64,000 nt of DNA from Podarcis gaigeae (GCA_964106915.2 OZ066915.1); one strand, 5' to 3'. Shown: positions 27,374 to 41,332, counted from the first letter of the stretch. Translations and numbers: made by a program. Notes: generated from the sequence alone by a model not told the origin.

Positions 27374-28455
27374 AGCACAATGAGAACACAATGTTGGGAA
27401 CCTCTCTTGAAATGCAATCCTATATCCATCTACTCGGAAATAAGTCCCATTTTCATGAGGTCCACTCTCAGGCAAGGGGTTTGGAATTAAACATAAATGG
27501 CCAGTCTGCTTTGAATTTATCTCTTTCTGGGATAAAAGTCTAGGCAATGAGAATCAATCCCATGCCACTGTAAAACATGGAAACAAGCCTTCATGACTAA
27601 CTGCCCTCTCCCTTGGTAAGATGGCAAGGTCAGAAATAGAACCCAGTGTCATCAGAAATTCTTAGAGAGGTCACTGTATTTTCACTCCTACAGATTTTGC
27701 TCAGTTCCCTCCCCTGAAGAGCTCACAGTTTCTATCTTTAGATGGTTACATAGCCCCAATACATCTGTATCCTAGTGCATAGTCTTAAACGTATCCGTCC
27801 CCAGAAATATCCTGCCCAGGCAAGGAAACAATATGGATGGAAGCCTAAGGTTTTCCAAGGCTAGCAGCCCAGATTCTGACATGCAAAACAAACGCAGGCA
27901 CATTTATTCAACATATCCCACTGAATTCAATTCTACTTATTCTCTAATAAGTGTGTCTAGAATTGTAGCCTTGAGCACATTTACTTAGAAGCACTGTTGC
28001 CTTTAAGAGAATTTACTTCCAAGGAGGTACTTTTGGGTTCACAGCAGGAGTGGTCTTCCCCAAGGAGTATATATCAAAGCCAGGTAACAAATTAGACCTT
28101 CTACACACAAAAGTTGAGCAACTGAACAGGTTTCCTTTTCACAGAGAAAATAAACACTTTATTTCAAATATACCACAAGTAATGTTGCTGCATAATCCAC
28201 CCACTGCAGCAAAAGTTGCTTACTTGGACTACCTAGGACCAGTGAATGGCTGCTATCTATCTTTAAAGGAAACTGACAGAGGGCATCTTGTCTCCATTCA
28301 GCAACTACCACTCTTGAAACACCCATTATTCTGCCCCCAATGTCCTCTGAAGAAAGTATCAGGAGGCACGTCACACTCAGGTCAAGACATGAAAGGTCAT
28401 TTATTTACAAGGGAATAAAATGTTAGAATATTTTCCAATATTATTGTTATTGTTA

Positions 28456-28790
28456 CCGTATTTTTCGCCCCATAGGGCGCACCTAGTTGGGGGAGGATAA
28501 AGAAAAAAAAATTTATTCCCCCCCCCCCAGGCACAGGGGCGGGGAAAGCCCGAGCTTCCCCCGACCCCAGAACAGGCTGCTATCCGCAAGCCTAGGGAGC
28601 CCGGCGGGAAGTCACGCCGGTCTCCCCAGGCTTGCGGATATCTTCCCGAAGCCCGGGGCGCGTGGCACAGCACGCCCCAGGCTTCGGGATGCAGGCAGCT
28701 CCCACCGCCAGCCTCCAAACCAGGTCGGGGAACAGCGGGAAGGCGCTCTCTGCCTCCCCGCTGTCCCCCAAGCTTGTGGGGCTGGCGGTG
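28456..28790. mobile_element. Truncated pogo-like MITE
   Basis: Starts TA-CCGTATTTTTCGCCCCATAGGGCGCACC as at 4925; right TIR not seen. Confidence 0.7.
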
Positions 28791-30493
28791 CGGAAAGAGA
28801 GGAAGAGCAAGCAAAGAGGGGTGCCCAGTCCACCTTTGACATTATGTCCACCTGCTGACAGCCCCTGACCATATATCTGATAGAATGAGGCCCTCAGCAG
28901 TAACAACAACAAGTCCCCTCTGTTGCTGTGGATCAAAAGTCCCTCTTCTTCCTTAAAGAATGAAGATGGTCCTTGGAGTGACTTCACAAGAACAAAAAAA
29001 TTAAGAAGATGCTGAATAAGTTGTAGCAGAAGAGACATGTTGTAGAACATCACACCCAAACCACAGGGGCCACTACTTAAACTTGCAAAGCAAAATAAAT
29101 AAATAAAGGGGCACATCATGCATACTTAACTGGGAGAACCTACTGCATGAGAGTACTCAACACCTTGGCAAGACCAAATAAAGGACTATCTGTTATTCCC
29201 TCGAAGGAGTGATAGTGATATGAACCCATTTCCGGATATCATCACAAACACACACCAGGACCTTTTCTTGCATTTCTCAAGCCCTCTGCGTAAAACTGTT
29301 ACTGAAGCTGGGAAGGATTTTTGGTTTGGGGGGGTAGATTTTAAGAAGATAAACAGTCTTGCAAAAGTGTTTCGCCACGTTTTTGTTGCTGTTTTATTTC
29401 AGGAAGATACGGGCTGCAAGTTAAAGCTGCTGGCTACCCTGAATGTTCCTCAGAGAGAAAGATAATGCAGAAAGATATGGGCTGCAAGTTAATGAAAGGA
29501 TCCCCCCCCCCACGGGCTCCCCTGAATGTTCCTAAAGTCACCCCAGGGTGCCATAGAACACTGGTTGAAAACCAATGCTTTAACTCATTTACAGGTAGAC
29601 TTGTTTACAAAAGCTGCTCAGACTTGGATTTTGGCAAAATCACAGTGGGAGGAGTTCCAGAATGGAGAGGCTGTCAACACTGAGAACATCTCCCTGTCCT
29701 TGCTTATTGAACCCAACACACAGCTGGTATCATTAGCATTCTCCGTATTTCTCAGAACTTTACAACATCATGCTGCTACCAAATCTCCTGACATTAGCAG
29801 CAGATGAAAATGCTTTTTACACCTCCGCTGCTGGATATTTAGGAGCCACAGGCAACCAAGAGATAAGGTGATCCAGCCTGCAAATAAGCAAAAAGCAGAG
29901 CCTCTGTACCAAATCTACCAGTGTGAGAATCTCAGAGCATGGCTGGGATAAAGGAATATGCCTCAGCTCTTGCAACTGCCATGGCCACAGCTTGATCTGC
30001 CCCACTTGACCGAGAAATGAAGATCTGAAGCGCCACCCTAAAGGAGGGCACAAGAGTCTCTGCTAAGATTCTCTCGACAGCTGCGTTCTCTGAACACGAG
30101 GCGGGAGCGAAGAGGGAGACCAAGCGGAGCAAATAGTTTCCGACGGCATACACCACTGTCCTTCATTCTCTGCTTCCACACAGACTCCAAATACTCTCTT
30201 AACCCCATTCATTGTTCGGATTCGGACCTGTTGCACAGGTGGAGCAGGAAATATAACATCCAGTATCTCCTACATCCGGGACAACGAAGTGTTCCCCTAC
30301 GCAGAGCACTAACCGTGGAAGGGGCTTTAAACAAAACAAACAAGGAACATCTAAAGCAGCAGCACCTCCACCCGCCTTTGCCACCCCCAAAATCGCCCGA
30401 ACCCCGAAACTACAACTCGCAATACCAAAAGCGGAAAGAGAAATGGGGGGGGGATTCCAATCCCAGCCCCACTTTGGACGAGATCGCGCTTAC

Positions 30494-31150
30494 CTTGGGG
30501 GAGAAGGGGGGAGAGAGGAGGGGAACCTGTGCCCCCCTCCCCTCGCTGCCGTGTCCGGGCGGTGCTGCTGTTGTCGCCGCCTGCCTTCCTCCTCCTCCTC
30601 CTCCTCCTCGGGGCGGGGAGGGAGCCCAAGGACCCGCTGTGCCCCCCGCTTCCTCTGACGTGAGAGACGGAGCGGAGGTAGAGGAGGCAAAGAGAAAGTG
30701 GAGGTGGGGGGAGAGAGAGAGGCGGCGGGAGGGGGCCCTTCGGAGCAACAAGTGCAGGGAAGGGAAAGACCGCGGGGGGGGGGGCTGGGGCTGGAGGGGG
30801 GCGCTGATGGTCGCAGGGAAGAGGGAAATGGCCCCGGCCGGCCCGTCCAAAGCTTGGCCCAGAGGCGGGGGTCAAGGCCCGGCAGGCCCAGCGAGCGAGC
30901 AAGGCAGGCGGGGGGGGGGGGCCTGGCGCGGCTGTGGTGGTACCTGGCCGAGGGGGCTCGTGAGGACAGGTAAGGCCGCCGCCGGTGTGGAGAGGGGAGA
31001 AAAGAGGGGCAAAAGAAGAAGAGGGAGGGAGGGAGGGGGAGGGGGGAACAACAGCACCTTTCTCCAAAAACAATATTTAAAAAAGGAGGAGGAGGAGGAG
31101 AAAGGGGGGAGGAAGAAAGGGGGGAGGAAAAAAAAAAGAAACAGAAAAAG
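30494..31150 (-). other. Probable non-coding first exon of an unidentified minus-strand gene (TSS approximate)
   Basis: Strong donor CAAG|GTAAGC at 30494/30493 inside the CpG island; most LINEs in 10-27 kb lie on +, as expected for an intron of a minus-strand gene. No coding exon recognised. Confidence 0.55.
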
Positions 31151-31311
31151 GGAAAGAAGCGCCGGCCCCTCCCCCTGGCCGCGCGCGCGCGCGCGTGTGT
31201 ATGTGCATGTGCGTGCGCCCGCCGCTTGCGTCACTCGCCCCGGTACGTGAGGCCGTAACCCTGCGCGCGTCACGACGCCGACGCCGCTGCCACCGACGCG
31301 CCTAGGTCACG

Positions 31312-31325
31312 GTTGCCTTGGCAAC
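31312..31325. promoter_or_regulatory. RFX X-box motif
   Basis: GTTGCCTTGGCAAC, one mismatch from GTTGCCATGGCAAC, with palindromic flanks (CGGTTGCC-TT-GGCAACCG). Confidence 0.8.
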
Positions 31326-32573
31326 CGCGACGCGCCCGCGCGCGAGACCCTCGGCCGCTTGGCTGGCCTTGGAGAGGGAGGGAGTGGGGGGGGCGGACGG
31401 AGCGAGGCGCTGCCGGGTCCCCCGCAGGGCGGCTGGAATAGCGGCCCGGAAACGTGACCGGTGGGGAGGCTGCCGACGTGGGAGGGAGCAGCCAGACCCA
31501 ACAAATTGGCGTGAGAAAGCATGAAGTCCGCAGAGCTGTATCGCTGCCAGGCAGGTAGAGAGGGCTCCGTGTGGCGTCACTTTCCTTCCTCCCTGGAGAG
31601 CATGGAGCATATAGTACTAACTACAGTATAGTACCGTTGGCTAGTTATTACTTTTTACAGCAGATCAAACCTTCCATGTGAGTCACAGGCCGGGCCCCTC
31701 CCCATTGCTCAGCTGATCCGTGGTGGAAACAGCTAAACAACATATTGATAGCCAAGCCCCTCAACAGTTCCAGCAGAAATCAGCTCTGCAAAGAAGGGAG
31801 GTGCATGATAGGATTGTTGTTTCATAGGCAGTGGTTAGTGCTAAAGCAGCATCAAATCCAAAAGAGAGTCAGCCCTGAAGCACCAAGCTCCAAAAATATA
31901 GCATTTATTTCTCTCTCTGTGTGTGTGGCCAAATTTAAAATGGCTCTATTTATATATGTGTATATATAGCCCTTCCATAGCTTGAGCCCAAACTTTTCTA
32001 AAACCACCAAGCAGTATGAAAAACCCCACACCAAACTCATTCAAAGGACAAATTACACAGTAGTTAAGTCAATGGAATGAAAACTACTCAGAGCAATAAT
32101 GCAGTTATATCCATCCAAGACTGAAAAAAATGCCTGGGCAAAAAGAACCTGGTGACACTGAACTATGTCTAAGTATGAGGCCAATCCAAGTTCCCTAAGA
32201 ATGGAGCTCAAAATAGCAGGTGCCACCACTGAGCAGATGCTGCTGCACACCCCTTGAGATTCTGCTTGTGAAGGATAGGAGCATTTAGGGGCATGGTGAG
32301 GTACACATGGGAGAAAGCCCTCCCTCCTGTCCTTTGGCCCATATCTCACACTCAGGGTGAGCAAAGCAAGTTCACAGCCTCCACCTTGCCTATGTGTGAC
32401 CTGACCATCCAAAGGACCAAGATGATATTTATTATTAGTGGCCCAGCCGTACCAAAAGTGAAAGGAGGCATTGAACAATAAGAAAGCATCACTCATATTA
32501 ATCATTTTTAAAAGGATTGGTCTTTCCCCCACCCCACCTCAAATAGGGTCTTAACAAACAAAAGGGCAAACAA

Positions 32574-33160
32574 ATCAAATCAAATATCTTTAATACGGTC
32601 AATGACCAGAAAGCAATTTATAGAAATATGACATTATAAGTAGTATTGTGCTACAAATAACAGTGGAAATATGGCCAATTCACAGAATTGGTGCTTATAT
32701 TTATGACCAGGTTTCGTCTTTTAAGGTTTTAAGAATTAAATTCAAATGTCACTACTGTTTATTATCGTTCCTTCGATGTTTACAATTTGAACTCCGTTGC
32801 TGACATCATTGCGCGTTCTTATTCTTGTTGCAATGTAACAGTACTTTGCCACAGGCCTGTTAATTTCGGGCTCTTTATCAGCTAAGGAGGTGTCTGATAT
32901 AGGTGTCATCTGTACTACGAGGTATTTTCCTCAGAATCGGTTCAATCAGCTCTTTTCTTGAGTCTCGATATAATGGGCAGTATAAGATGACATGCCCGAT
33001 GGTTTCGATTTCATTGCTGTTACAGGGACATAATCTTTGTTTGATCGGTATTTTGTTGTATCTTCCCTCTAAAAGGGCAAACATAAGACTTGCTAAGTGT
33101 GGGTACCTTATGATGAGAAGAGTCCTGGACTTTCTTCTGGAGCAATAAGGGACTTGCAAA
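32574..33160 (-). mobile_element. Non-LTR retrotransposon 3' end (RTE-X-like) with C-terminal CCHC region
   Basis: LEGRYNKIP..QRLCPC...ETIGHVILYCPLY...R and an (ATTTG)n tail at 32574-32585; clade assignment tentative. Confidence 0.7.
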
Positions 33161-35284
33161 AAACCCCTCAGTGAATGCTATATGGTTTGGCGGGTTCTGA
33201 GTGTATGTTGAACCTAAAAGTCCAATGCAAATGCAGTGTGTCATCTCACACTGGGTTCCTAGTTAACCAGACTCTGTCCAAAGTATTCTTGTCAGCACCC
33301 TCAGAAACAAGAATGCCTACATCACTGAGGGCTCTACAAAAATCGTATTGCCCCCCCCTCCCCGCCCACCTCTGGTATCTTCAGCAATAAAATGTCGTCT
33401 GTACTGTTATATTTATTCAGAAGAACACATAACAAATATAAACAAACAAGGGTTGTCAGCTACAAGATACAAAACTGAGCTTAGTTAGAACACACAAAAG
33501 GATCATCACAAGAAAAGTCATGGGCAGTAATGCAGGAAAACACAAATCTAATTTAGTCTGATAAAAGCCCAGTGTGTACATCCCTTCAGATCTGCAAGGA
33601 GAATTGTGAGCCACAGGAAATCCAAGTTCTTCCAGATGAGAATGAATAATGCCTCTTGTGGTTTCATCTCAAGCCACCCTACAGTGCTGTGTAAGTTTGT
33701 CAGAGCCAGATACCCCATATTGTCATACCATCTACCAAGAGCGCAGTCTTCTGTTCTTTCCCAGTTAAGTGCTACTTCCATACACATGGCCACATGTTCG
33801 GAGATCATCTGGGATATCATTATTGCACCTGCTAAAGAGGGAAAACAGGACTAGCCCTGACTCCACGGTGCAACACTTCAGAGATAATTTTAAAGACAGC
33901 TTACCCTAACCTTGGACACTCCCACCAGAGTGGCTTGACACCCCCTCCAGCATAGAGATGACACAGAATGATTAATATAACTGCCTGTAAGTTTCACTTG
34001 GCTCCAGTGCTACATGTGAATAATGTTCAACATTGACTCTTTGATCCTAGCAGAGATAGTTCTGGAAGGAGGTGCACACCACATTGTCATCCATTCCCCT
34101 TCAGTGACAGCCTCACTTCCCAGAATTGCTTATGCCCACCTCCATAATAGTCCAGAATTATGTTATATATATCTGCTGCTGGGCCCTTCACTCATCTGGT
34201 ACTGAACAGAGTAAGAGATGATGGTGCTCCCTGAGTGCAACCTCACAATAATGCATATGATGACACCTGCAACTTTGAAGCCAATTGAGGGCTTATCCAC
34301 ATTTCCTCTTGTCCCGCTGCTTTCCCTTGGGGGAAACTGCTCTTTAACACTCAGTCAGAGCAAACAGCCATCTGGGTTTTCCTTGGACTCCCATTTGTTC
34401 AAGTGTGGGTTTTACCTGGAAAAGGAGCAGGCCAAGGGGAAAACCGCTCAGCCCCCATGCTTTCTAAGCACAACACAAGCAGAAGTGTGGATAAGTCTCA
34501 AGTCCCAGCTCCTCCAGCTAAGCTTCCAGCTGTTGCACTGCCAGCAGTTTACACCTCCTGAACAAGTCTTGAATTCTGTGGAATCCCTTCCTTTCTCACA
34601 CACACACCCCCCCGGCAATGTTGCTTGTATTGAAATGGTTCTGGAAATAATGGGTGGCCCACAAAGAGAGTCAAATTGGGCAGTGCAGGAGCCAAACACT
34701 GCACATCTTTTGCCCACACTTTAAAAGCGGCCTGCAAAACCATGTTCTGTATACGTATTTATTTACATAGTTCTTTTTGTCTGTATAATTCTAAGCACCA
34801 TATCATGGGTTCCCTGGTGGTCTCCCATCTGGACATCTCAGCTGACCCACCAAGTGTCCCTATTTCCAAGGTACAGTCCCAGATTTACAGAATCCATCCC
34901 AGTTTCTGATTTGACCCCGGAATAACCCACTTTTCCTTAGGATATTCCTATTTTTGTTGGAGAAATGTTGGAGCATATGGAGTTATGTGATCCCCAAGCC
35001 AAGGAAAAAAGTAACTATACAACCTTTAGAAGACATCTGAAGGGAAGGGGTTTTTTTGGTAATGTTTAATGATGTTTTTGTATAAGTTGGAAACTGCCCA
35101 GAATGGCTGGGGCAGCCCAGTCAGAATCATCATAATAATAGAGTAGGACATTCCTATTTTCATGGGAGAAATGTTGGAGGGCATGAGACAGACATAGGAG
35201 ATAGCTAGTGCTCAGGAGATGCAGAAACAACTGCAGCTGGAATCCAAAGGAATAGGCACATTTCGCATTTTATAAAAAGTGGAA

Positions 35285-36226
35285 CATGGAGAAAACTTAG
35301 CAGTGTCACTTAAGAGGAGCAGTGCTTGTGGCTGCTGGTTTTCTCAGGGCCCAGGGTTGTTGGGTTTGTGGTTCATTGTGACACCTTCCCTCTGCTGGCT
35401 CATTGGTCACCAGAGTGCTAAAAGGCCTAAAGGTAAAGGACCCCTGGCAGTTAAGTCCAGTCGTAGACAACTCTGGGGTTGCGGCGCTCATCTCGATTTA
35501 CTGGCCAAGGGAGCTGACGTTTGTCCATAGACATTTTTTTCCAGGTCATGTGGCCAGCATGACTAAGCTGCTTCTGGCGAAACCAGAGCAGCGCGTGGAT
35601 ATCATTTCATCTCCTAAGACATGTAAATAGGATTTCTCTCAGCATCTGCATTCTGTGATGATAGTGAAATCCTCTTGAGCTTAGATGTGTGAATGCCAAA
35701 ACCAGTTTAGGAACGCAGATCAGGAGAGTACTAACTGGGGGCCCCATTTCTCACATTTTTCTCTTTCTTTCCTAGGCTTTCGAGGTTGAGAAAAGTTTTG
35801 TCCCACTTGGGGAGAAGGAATAAGGTCTCACCTCTCCTGGAGAACATGGGGGAAAAGACATGAGAAAACTTAGTCGTGTCACTTAAGAAGAGCAGGGTTT
35901 GTGGTTGCTAGTTTTCTCAGGGCCCAGGGTTGCTGGGTCGCGAGGTTCATTGTGACATCTCCCTCTGCTAGTTCATTGGTCGCCAGAGCTCTAGAAGGCC
36001 TGGGAATCTCCTATACTTGGATCATTCCGAGAGAGAGAGAAAGGAGAAGACATGTAAGTAGGATTTCTCTCAGCATCTGAATTCTGTGATGATAGAGAAT
36101 TCATCTTGAGCATAGAGTTATTAGAGAGTGCTGTGAGTCCCATTTCTCTTTCTTTTCTAGGCTTTCTAGACTGAGAAGTCCTTTCCCACTTGGGAAAAAA
36201 GAATAAAAATTTTCCTCTCCCAGAGA
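35285..36226. repeat. Diverged local tandem duplication (unit about 370 bp, 2 copies)
   Basis: 35285-35845 (minus a SINE insertion) is collinear with 35859-36226. Confidence 0.85.
35428..35598 (-). mobile_element. Sauria SINE 3' fragment
   Basis: taaaggtaaaggacccctg...ctctggggttgcggcgctcatctcg. Confidence 0.88.
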
Positions 36227-36684
36227 CCTCCCCCTCTGGACCCCTCTTTGAGAGGACACAAAAGGTAAGACCCTTCAGCATATAGATATTGCTTCCAGAG
36301 TAATGTTAGTCCTTAAAGTTTCGTAGGAAAGGTCTCTCTGTAACTGAGGCCTATTTTGAGGTTCAGAAAAATAAAAATTTCCCATGTGGCTCTTTGTTTC
36401 CCTGTAGGCTCTGCGGACCTCCTGCCATCCTGGTCTGGAAGAAGATGGCAGGAGGGAGAAATGCCAAGGAAAACATGAAGGCAATGTCTATTTCCAAGGA
36501 TATGTTCAGAGTAAATAGGAAACTCCCTAGAAATAAGATCTACTTGCTTGCCTTCTCTTCTTTGCCATTCAGATGATATGATAGTTGAATACCTGGAGGG
36601 AGAGCAGGGGCTTTGAAGTTCTCCATCATCTGTGCAGCAGACCGAGAAGACAAACAGGTCACCTAGTCACAGTCATCCCTGCTA

Positions 36685-37615
36685 TGGGCACAGGACTTTG
36701 GTTATAACATCAATATGGAACAGTGGGAAAGGTTATGGCAGCAAGATATCAAATTTACATAATGTTATAATTTGAGGGAAAATACCATGAAGATGCTCTA
36801 CCGATGGCATCATACCCCAGCTAAACTCACCAAAATGTATAAAGGAAGCTCACCAATATGTTGGCGTTGCAAAAAGGAGATAGGATCTTATTACCATATG
36901 TGGTGGACTTGTATGGTGATAAGCGAGTTTTGGAATAACATATATGAAGAATTTTAAAAACTATTTAAATTTAACATAAAGAAAAGACCGGAGATTTTCC
37001 TTCTAGGAATATTACCAACAGAAATAAAGCAAAACACAAGACCACTGTTTATGTACTCAATTACGGCCGCAAGAATACTCGTAGCCAGAAGTTGGAAATG
37101 TGAAACAATACCAACAATAATAGACTGGCAAACACTCATGGTAAAGTATTTTCACTTAGCAAAGCTGACTGGAAAAGTTAGGGGAGCCCTAAATCAAAAA
37201 GTATAGAGAGAATGGATATTATTCAAGGAGTATATAAGATCACACTGTAAAAATGAAATTATCTTGGCAGAATTGAATGATACTTGTGTATAATAAATAA
37301 TTGGAAAAATATATTAGAAAATATGCAGAAAAAGCTATAAAATAAACTGTGTGATAAAATTAAGATATTAGAAAAAGTATTATCATATCTTGACCAATAA
37401 AGTTTTGCTCTAGAAGAACAAAACTTTATTGGTCAAGATATGATAATACAATCGATATTCTTTTATTTTAATGTTAATTCTTCTTTGTTTTTTATTTTTG
37501 TTTTTATTCTTGTTATTCCTTTTTCATTTTTGTGTGAAATTCTGTTGTAATTATTTGTAATGTATTTGTATGATAGTATTTTAAATCAATAAAATAAAAT
37601 AATAAAAACAACCAA
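36685..37615 (+). mobile_element. 5'-truncated L1-clade LINE
   Basis: RENTMKMLYRWH..CWRC..YYHMWWTC; A-rich tail; TSD AGTCATCCCTGCTA. Confidence 0.9.
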
Positions 37616-38114
37616 AGTCATCCCTGCTAGGATGAGAGACATCCCTGCTTATCTCTTCCAACAGAAACAATTAGCCAGAGCCAAAGAATGGCAGTAGGGA
37701 TGATGATTTAGGTAAACCAATTTCCTCTCATGTTCTCCTTCGTAGTAAAGGTTCAGGGTGAGGAGCCATGGAACTCCTTGGAACTTGCGGAAGGGCTGTA
37801 CCTCAGTGGTAGGCAGTCTGATTGACATACAGGAAGCGGACTGATGGAGAAGGGGTGGAGCACCTGCCCCTTCCCAAGTGAGCTGCAAGAGGAAGGATGC
37901 TCCCTCCTTTCCAACCAGCATAGAAACACTGCTCTCCACCTTTCCACTGCCAGCCCCTGACAGGCTAGTAAGACTTTTTGCAGGCTGGTAACTTGTGTGT
38001 GGTTTGATTGTCATTTGTGTTGGTGACTAACTTTTCCCATTGCTGGTTGCTATGCAGGCTTGAGGCCATCTTTTGGCAGATCTGCCCTCATGCTGCCATT
38101 TTCCAGCACTACTC

Positions 38115-38169
<55 letters not shown>
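38115..38169. repeat. (TAA)n microsatellite at an L2 tail
   Basis: Pure TAA run. Confidence 0.95.
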
Positions 38170-38445
38170 TTATTATTTATACCCCGCCCACCTGGCTGAG
38201 TTTCTCCAGCCACTCTGGGCGGCTCCCAATCAAGTGTTAAAAACAGTACAGCATTAAATATTAAAAACTTCCCTAAACAGGGCTGCCTTCAGATGTCTTT
38301 TAAAGATAGGATAGCTGCTTATCTGAAGGGAGGGTGTTCCACAGGGTGGGCTCCACTACCGAGAAGGCCCTCTGTCTGGTTCCCTGTAACTTCACTTCTC
38401 GCCATGAGGGAACCACCAGAAGACCCTCAGTGCTGGATCTCAGTG
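38170..38445 (-). mobile_element. L2-clade LINE 3' end
   Basis: Minus strand encodes LRSSTEGLLVVP...RAFSVVEPTLWNTLP, the L2-type C-terminal motif. Confidence 0.8.
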
Positions 38446-41332
38446 TCCTTCTCAGTGTCACTCTCCTTCTGTCGCTTGGTTCCTCAAATGTCGGGGGACA
38501 CAAGCACAACCATGAACCACAGAAACTGAACACAGGAGTTTTCCCTCACTCTCTACCAATGCTGGGCAAAGCTCAACCACAGAACCAACCAGAGCTGTGT
38601 TTCCCATACGGCTTAGTGGTGCGCTGCACCAGGGCGCCAGCCTCTCAGGGGCTCCCCAGCACAGCTTTGCCGGCAGCCTCCCCTTTCCCTGCACACCCAT
38701 CAGCTGTGCCCCGTCAACCATATGGCTGGCGGGCATGCAGCTTGCCTTCCAAGCCTCTGCGGGAGGAGAACAATCCCTGCAGAGGCTTTGGATGGAAGCT
38801 GCGCCCCGCCAACTATATGGCTGGTGGGCACGCAGCTTCCCTCCCAAGCCTCTGAGGGGATTGCTCTCCTGCAGCGGCATGGGGGAGAGTTGCGCACACC
38901 CCCCCCCATGGCTGGCAGTGCACAGCTTTGCTGCCGCCCCCACTATCCGTGGTCATTTGGGGGCACTGAGTGGATATTTGCACCCTGGCGCTGCATCTGC
39001 TAAAGACGACCCTGGAACCAACCTCACCATTTCCCAGTGAGCGTGTCTCTTTCTTTGGGGCTTCTGCATTTTGGGGCTGAAGGAGCACATTGGCCCAACT
39101 GCAGCATGCTCTGAGAAACAGCTTTTCGGTGAACATGGCATGCTGTCGTGAATGTCACCTTGCAGCTGGATCTGCCCTTCCTGTGAGACAGCCGCCTTCC
39201 TGGGGCACTAGGGCCACCCGGGTCACGGTGAGTTCTGGAGAGGAGCGGGGATGAGGGAAGAAGTGCCAGTGCCGCTATGGGGGACCAAGGGGCAGAGAGA
39301 GCCAAGCCCAAGTCCCCCCAGAGCCGGCCCTGCCCCCCTACAAAATGTTGAGAATGGTATTAGTAGTTAGCTGTAAAGAAGGGAAGAAACTACTGTTTCC
39401 ATTATCCCTAACCATTCTAGTTGGGGTTGATGGGAATTAGAATTCAAGAATATCTGGTGAACTATATATTCCCAACAGCACTGTTAATCCTGGAATAAGT
39501 CCCACTGGATGCAGTTGCGCTGACAGCTGCATGGATAAGATTGCACTGCCTATTTCGCAAATAAAACTAGCCAGATAAACAAACATGCTGGAGGTAGCAT
39601 TGTATTCTCCTTCTCCGTTCATTGGGCAAGTTTGTACATAAGTTGCTGTACTATATAAAATAATTGCTTCTGCAAAATGATACTGTGACTTTTAACTTTT
39701 CCTGTTTTGGTTGCTTCTGTTTTATAATTCTTTATTTTATTTTTCTTCATATAATTGAAAATCAAATAAATTTGGGTGGGGGTGGCATGCAGTATGGGGA
39801 GCACAAGGCCCTCTTAATGTCATCAGACTCCCATCAGCCTCAGCTGACATCGCCAATGGTCAGGGAGGATGGGAGTTGTAGTCGAGCAGCCTCTAAAAGA
39901 CCATCAGTTCCCCGTCCATAACTGAACATAACATCCAAACTGCTAATATAACAGCAGATATATATCATCAATACCTCTCCCACAAATGAAAAACAAAACA
40001 AAATAAATCTCCTGCATTTCCATGAGTTATAGTTTTCATATATGTATTATTAATTATTAATAAAATACACATCAGTGGTTAATTAATCTATATATCACTG
40101 GACCATCATGAAGTCTCTCTAGGATCATGAGGAACCTGTGGCCCTCCTTTTGTTGCCAGACTACAATTCCCCCCATCCCTGAACATTGGCCATGCATGCT
40201 GGCTTGGGCTGCTGGGAGCTGGAGCTGGAAGTTGGATTGTTCCAAACTTTCAGGCAGAGATAAGGCTTTGCCAATCTGTTTCTTGAAGTCCTTTTAACTG
40301 GAGATGTCAGACTGAGACTGCAATTCCAAGCATGTTTACTGGAAAGTAAGACCCAATCCATTCAATGTGACATACTTGCAGATATACATGTATACAAATT
40401 GCAACCTGAATTTAGGGTCTTCTGCTCCCAGAGCAATCAATATGTGCTCCGCCTTTGTGCTACTGCCCCTCCCTGACATCACACAAGAGTCCTGGTGGGC
40501 AGTCAGTAGGTATTGGCTCCAGTGACAAATCAAGAACAAGGCTTCCCAGGAGGGATCAGATCCAGCAAAAGTCTCGTGTTGCTGCCAAAAGTACATATCC
40601 AGCATGACTGATTAGGCAATTGCTGCATCAAACAGGAATAGACTCCAAGCTCTCGTCAGCAAGGGGCCCAAGGTGATCAGCTGTGCAGCAAGGGAGATGG
40701 CAACACATCAAGGTTCAGGACACAGATTTCATTCCTTATCTTATTGGACTAGCTGCACTGGGTGTTGCTATGGGACAAGATCCATGTTTGTGTACAGTGC
40801 AACTCTCCAGGGTCAAGTTCCAGCTTCAGTCTTGCCAGTGACGTTGGTCCACTTCACCTGTCACGTAATGCTGTGGGACCAGTTCCTTCTCATGAGCCTT
40901 CTGAGCTTCAGTGCCACTGCTAGTTAAATGTGCCAGCCATCTGCTCAAGAGCCCTGCAGATCACTGAAATTATGCACTCCTTACCCAAAGACCTGTAAAG
41001 GTACACTAAAGTCAAGGCAAATGAGGTTGGAGGGAATCTGAGAGGTTGACCTGCCCATGCACTTTTATGGTTCATACCAGGAGAAAGAGGGTGAACTCTT
41101 TTGAAATGGCTGTTCCTTCTTCCCCTTCTCACCTAAGCTTCTGTTCCGCTGTAGCACATTTCCTGTTCACACACAGAGAGAAGCACAGGAGGATGGCTTA
41201 TGGCTGCATCCAAGGCAACCTGTTCTCCTTCCTCAGAGGTGGACAGGAGCTGGGGAGGAAAGACTTTTGTGCCTCTCAGCTCCAGGTTCTGGAGAGCCTT
41301 TGGGCAAGACACCCTCCATGGACCCTCCCTCA

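Larger units (their letters stand above)
30200..31600. promoter_or_regulatory. CpG-island promoter
   Basis: Very GC- and CpG-rich, transposon-free; CRE-like TGACGTGA (30656) and TGCGTCA, a GCGCGC run, ETS-like CCGGAA and an X-box. Confidence 0.9.

Noticed and set aside
30231-31250. 339-aa plus-strand ORF and overlapping 240-aa minus-strand ORF
   Set aside because: Low-complexity G/R/E/P-rich translations typical of stop-poor CpG islands; non-ATG starts; no domain.
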